From Acidimicrobiales bacterium (GTDB lineage: Bacteria > Actinomycetota > Acidimicrobiia > Acidimicrobiales > JAMCQF01): a stretch of 41,985 nucleotides of DNA. The notes beneath the pieces were generated by a model. That model saw only the letters and a list, made by a program, of their open reading frames with translations, was not told the DNA's origin and made no database searches. Positions 37,987 to 41,985 of this stretch are shown here, in pieces. The first letter of the stretch is position 1. Each line of letters opens with the position of its first letter. The translations under genes were made by a program, and so were the position numbers. The DNA is taken from assembly GCA_027366675.1 (NCBI GenBank), contig DAHXND010000034.1, positions 1 to 41,985 on the forward strand. The letters are read 5' to 3'.

Positions 37987-40900
37987 GTGAGTAGAGGGGC
38001 CGCCCTTTCGTCGCAGAGAGAGGCCAGCCGGGCCCGCCGCCGGATACGTTTTTCTCCGAGTCGCCGCGGGAAGGCGCTCGCAGGCTTCGGGGCTGCCGCC
38101 GCCCTGTCGGGCGTGGCCCTCGGTGCTCGGCCCTTTGCGCTTATCGGGCTGTGCTGCCTTGCCATTGTGGTCCTGGCTCTCGGGGCAGCGGCCGTGCAAG
38201 GCGTGCGCCAGCTCGTGACTGTGAGGATATCGCCGTCATTCGTACCGGCTGGCTCTCCGGCTGAGGCTCAGGTGTTCATCGGGAAGGGCCATGAGCGCTT
38301 GGTGGGAACGATGCCACTGGACACGACACAGAGGGGCATCTTCCGGGACGCGGGCGGTGTGCTCACCTTTACAGGACCCCTTGGCCTGGCGCGTTGGCAG
38401 CCTCGGCTATCTGAGTTGTCTGAGAGCACCCTGGTTGTCCACCCAGATCCTCGCCTGCCCGCCAGGCTCGGCAGGGGCACCGAGGAGGACTGGTTCACGA
38501 GCGGCCAGCTCAGGGGGTATCGGAGAGGCGACGAGCTGAGGCGCATCCACTGGAAGGCGACGGTGAGGCGCGGGGCAGCGATGGTGATGGAGACGCCCAG
38601 ACCGGCGCCAGCGACCACCACCATCCTGCTTGACCTGAGAGGCGATAGCTACACTTCTGCTCCACCCGGTTCCCTGGAGGAGGCGGTATCCCTGGCGGCT
38701 GGGTTGTCGATGCCACGGCCGGGGGAGCCTCCCAGGCGTCTCGTTACCACTACGGGTTCGGACTCCGGTCCTCTTGCTACGAAGCAACGCTGGAGGCCTG
38801 TACTGACCTCTCTGGCACAGGCGCGGCTCGCTCCTGGAGCGACGCCCGAGGCCATGGTCGAGCGGCATCCCGTGTTGCGGCGTTCTGGTCACGTAATTCT
38901 CGTGACCACCCAAGCCGGCCTGAAGTCGCGCCCGCGCAGGATATCCCGCTTGACGACAGTTCTGGCAGGAGCACCGAGTGTGCCGGCCCCGGTTCCCGGG
39001 ATGCCCGTCTCGAAGCCTTCGGATGGCTCCGCTGAGAATGCCGCCCTGCTGACTGAGCATGCTGTCGGTGGGACCGAGGGAGCTGCCCTCGACGCCGGTG
39101 AGCACATCGCTTCGAGCAGCAGGAACAGTGGGGGAAGCAGGAGCGGCAGGAGCAGGAGCAGGGCCAGCAGCAGGAGCACGGGCGCAACGGAGCCAGCAAC
39201 TCGCATGCAGGGACGGCGACTCTCTCCTACGGGGAGCAGGTGGCTATACGGTGGAGGTTCGCTGCTTGCCTCGGCCGGTGCCGTGGTTGCCCTGGGGGGG
39301 CTGTTCTCGGGGGCAGGTTGGATCGTTCCGCTTGCTGTTGCCGTTGTACTCGGACAGTGCTGTGCGATCCTGGGGAACAGCCATGGGATCTTTGGGCGCC
39401 GGGGTGGCTTGCTGGCTCTGGCATTGGGAGTGGTCGGGTCGCTTGCCCTGGCATCGCTGGTTGCCGCGTCCTGGCGTATCGGCTGGGGTGACTTCGGTGC
39501 ATTGTTCGGTGCAGGGCGAGCATTCCCGCAGGCGCTCCGCTTCGCTGCAGTCCCGGCTCCGACGGTTCCATCGTTGCTGGCAGCGGCGACATTGGCAGCG
39601 GGGATTATCTCGCTGGCGAGCGCCTGGCTGGCCAGGCGGGGAGCTGGGCTCTCCGCCGTGGCGCCTCCTGTCGTGGCCATAGCGTTCGCCTCGGCTGAAG
39701 CGGGGAACCACTTCAGCCTTCCATTCTCTACGCTTCTCGCCGCAACTGCAGTGGCGGGCGGCCTCATGTCGGCTCTGTCGCTACCAGGCTGCTCCGTCAT
39801 TGCGAAAACAGGATCGGCAGCTCTTTCGAAGGCAGGATCACCCAAGGCAGGATCATCAGCGGGTAAGGGTGGGTGCCACGCGAGCGCCACGGTGGTCCTC
39901 AGCTCGCGCAGGCTGGGCGCCTGGAGGACATTCGGATGTCTGGCCAGCTTCGCCCTCGCTGTCGGGATCGTACCGCTTGCCGGTGGTCCGTTCATTCACA
40001 TCCATGGAGCAGGCGCGGGCGGGGTCGTCCATGTCGACCCCGAGGTATCTCTGGTGCCGGATCTAACGAACGTATCCGGGCCCGCGCTGTTCACGGTGAA
40101 GAGCTCGGTGCCGGACTACTGGCGCCTCACCACGCTGGACGTGCTGGGCGGGAATGGCTTCGTTGGCAGCGTTCCGGCGGATCCAGTCCACCCCGCCTCG
40201 AAGGGAGGGAGGGACGTCGTGGAGACGTTCCATCTCCTGCACCTGGCGAGCCGGTGGCTGCCTGTGGGCGGTGTTCCCGTGGCAGGGGCTCTGCCGGAGG
40301 GAACGACCTGGGAGCCCTGGATGGCAACCCTTGCTGTTCCAGAGGGGGAGCAGGCAGGTCCGGGTGTCACGTATCAGGTAGTGGCACGAGTGGGGGCACC
40401 GAGCCTGGCATCGCTCTTTGCCGCGAAGGTTCCTTCCGACGCGTCCTCGCTTCTCACCTACGTACCGCCGGAGCCGGAGGCTGTTCGCATCCTGGCGGAC
40501 CGTATCACGGCTGGTCTGGTCGGTCCCTATGAGAAAGCCGTGGCGATCCAGGATTACCTGAGGACGCACGAGGTCTACGATCTGCATCCCCGTAAAGTGG
40601 CAGGTAGCCCACTGGTTGCGTTCCTGTTCGATACTCACGAAGGCTATTGCCAGCAGTTCGCGACTGCCTTCGCGATCCTGGCCCGTATGGTCGGGCTTCC
40701 GACAAGGCTGGCCGTAGGATTCACCACAGGGCAACCGGGACCGGGTGGGTCCTACGTAGTGGGAACCGAGGATGTTCATACCTGGCCGGAGGTCTACCTC
40801 TCACCACTCGGCTGGGTTCGCTTCGAGCCCACGCCCGGGAGGGGAGCACCAGGGGACGCGCGCTACACGGGCGTAGCGCCAACGCAAGTGGGGACGAAGG

Positions 40901-41358
40901 GTCCGGACTCGGTAGCTCCGATAAAGACAGCAACGGCCGCCCCCCTTCCGAAGGCGAGCCCCATCCCCGTTAGCTCTCCTGCCCGTCCAGCAAGGTCTAT
41001 GACGGGCAAGGCTCCTGCTGGCGAGGGACCGCGCCTCCCGGAGGGAGCTCTGGCACTGCTCATCCTTCTCCTGGCAGTTGCGGCCATCTGGCACAGGAGG
41101 ACCAGGTGCCGGCGATTCTTCGCATCCATGCGGATGCCAGATACCCCCGGGGAAGCCGTATCAGCGTGGCGCAAGGCCAGGAAAATGCTGGATCCGCTGG
41201 TCGGGCCGGTTCGGCTGTCGGCAACTCCTCGCGAGTACGCGCTTCTCGCTGGTTCCCGGTTGGATCCCGGGGAGGCCAAGCGCCTGTCGGAGCTGGCAGA
41301 GCGCGTCTGTGGCGCCTGCTACGGCCCGCCGCCGCGACATGGCAGGTGGGAGACTTAG
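37987..41358 (+). CDS. DUF58 + membrane TgpA-like region + transglutaminase-like domain fusion
   Basis: DUF58 LRGYRRGDELRRIHWKATVR; multiple TMs; YWR; GYCQQFATAFAILARMVGLPTRLAVGF, HTWPEVY, GWVRFEPTP; C-terminal TM. Confidence 0.85.
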   Translation: MSRGAALSSQREASRARRRIRFSPSRRGKALAGFGAAAALSGVALGARPFALIGLCCLAIVVLALGAAAVQGVRQLVTVRISPSFVPAGSPAEAQVFIGKGHERLVGTMPLDTTQRGIFRDAGGVLTFTGPLGLARWQPRLSELSESTLVVHPDPRLPARLGRGTEEDWFTSGQLRGYRRGDELRRIHWKATVRRGAAMVMETPRPAPATTTILLDLRGDSYTSAPPGSLEEAVSLAAGLSMPRPGEPPRRLVTTTGSDSGPLATKQRWRPVLTSLAQARLAPGATPEAMVERHPVLRRSGHVILVTTQAGLKSRPRRISRLTTVLAGAPSVPAPVPGMPVSKPSDGSAENAALLTEHAVGGTEGAALDAGEHIASSSRNSGGSRSGRSRSRASSRSTGATEPATRMQGRRLSPTGSRWLYGGGSLLASAGAVVALGGLFSGAGWIVPLAVAVVLGQCCAILGNSHGIFGRRGGLLALALGVVGSLALASLVAASWRIGWGDFGALFGAGRAFPQALRFAAVPAPTVPSLLAAATLAAGIISLASAWLARRGAGLSAVAPPVVAIAFASAEAGNHFSLPFSTLLAATAVAGGLMSALSLPGCSVIAKTGSAALSKAGSPKAGSSAGKGGCHASATVVLSSRRLGAWRTFGCLASFALAVGIVPLAGGPFIHIHGAGAGGVVHVDPEVSLVPDLTNVSGPALFTVKSSVPDYWRLTTLDVLGGNGFVGSVPADPVHPASKGGRDVVETFHLLHLASRWLPVGGVPVAGALPEGTTWEPWMATLAVPEGEQAGPGVTYQVVARVGAPSLASLFAAKVPSDASSLLTYVPPEPEAVRILADRITAGLVGPYEKAVAIQDYLRTHEVYDLHPRKVAGSPLVAFLFDTHEGYCQQFATAFAILARMVGLPTRLAVGFTTGQPGPGGSYVVGTEDVHTWPEVYLSPLGWVRFEPTPGRGAPGDARYTGVAPTQVGTKGPDSVAPIKTATAAPLPKASPIPVSSPARPARSMTGKAPAGEGPRLPEGALALLILLLAVAAIWHRRTRCRRFFASMRMPDTPGEAVSAWRKARKMLDPLVGPVRLSATPREYALLAGSRLDPGEAKRLSELAERVCGACYGPPPRHGRWET

Positions 41359-41673
41359 CAGGATCGGCGCAGGAGACGGCCAGGATCCCTCATGCCCAGG
41401 CATTCATCTCAACGGCTCATGATGAAGCGGGCGTCGGGTCGCTCGCTGGCCCAGGTAGCGAGCTCGTCGCCCTCCAAGCCGGATCGCTCGCGAGCCCATG
41501 CGAGCAGCCGGGGGCGCACAGCGGCGCATACTGATGCGGTCGTAACACCACCGTACCGTCAGGCCATGACGGCCTCCCGCCGAGGCGAGGTCGCCACGGG
41601 ACTCCATCCCGTGAGCGCCCTCGGCAGGAGCCGGGCCAGTCCTCGGACGGGTAGTGCGGCTCAGTCGTCGACT

Positions 41674-41985
41674 TCAGCTCGCTTGATCCTCGGGTTGCGG
41701 CCTTCGCCGCAGGTACTGCTCTGGCATGGGGACGACCCGGACTCCAGCAGCCCCGGCCCGGAGGGTCATGCCCGTGTCGTCGGTGACAAGCACGACCGGC
41801 TGGCCTCCCAACCCCAGCTCGCGACAGGTATCGAGGATCTCTTGATCGGCGTCCACGGTCCGTCGTCGGGGTCCATCGTCCACGGGCACTTCGATCGTAA
41901 CTCCTGCCCGGAGCCGCGTCGGAGCGCCTGCCGTAGGCGCGAGTTGCGTGCGCAGTTGGCTCAGGAGACGGCGCGCACGATCAGC
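41674..41985 (-). CDS. PIN-domain protein, C-terminal part (runs off the right edge)
   Basis: Frame is open to the edge: ADRARRLL...DADQEILD...VVLVTDDTGMTLRA (acidic D..I and TDD motifs of PIN nucleases). Confidence 0.7.
   Translation of the reverse strand, partial: ADRARRLLSQLRTQLAPTAGAPTRLRAGVTIEVPVDDGPRRRTVDADQEILDTCRELGLGGQPVVLVTDDTGMTLRAGAAGVRVVPMPEQYLRRRPQPEDQAS

Noticed and set aside
41359-41673. Intergenic stretch and ORF 41404-41607 as a small gene or ncRNA
   Set aside because: No convincing RBS, motif or structure visible

Overview
GC-rich window, most likely from an actinobacterium (Acidimicrobiia-like; inferred from gene content only). It has about 28 protein-coding genes and no recognisable rRNA, tRNA, CRISPR array, integrase or IS. 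Positions ~1-30.5 kb look like a DosR/DevR (OsdR)-type hypoxia/dormancy regulon. Four copies of a 20-bp palindrome (AGGG[A/C]C-N4-G[G/T]CC; 1392, 5582, 20169, 30513) each sit in a divergent intergenic region. The genes they flank include a Tat-exported DMSO-reductase-family Mo enzyme (missing from the ORF track), ABC transporters, a PRTase-hydrolase fusion, PiT/DUF47, two USPs, two PNPOx-like proteins, Hsp20, a ferritin-like protein, CYTH-CHAD and a HAD-GH65 fusion. The core is a five-gene overlapping operon: PNPOx-like > GH65 phosphorylase > phosphoketolase > acetate kinase > P3A-type ATPase. Both the phosphoketolase and the ATPase carry substitutions at normally conserved catalytic positions. 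On the right, a DoxX gene and a large non-canonical S8 peptidase lipoprotein lie between two diverged ~140-bp direct repeats. These are followed by MoxR, a DUF58-transglutaminase fusion and a truncated PIN-domain gene. Short tandem duplications are unusually common throughout.
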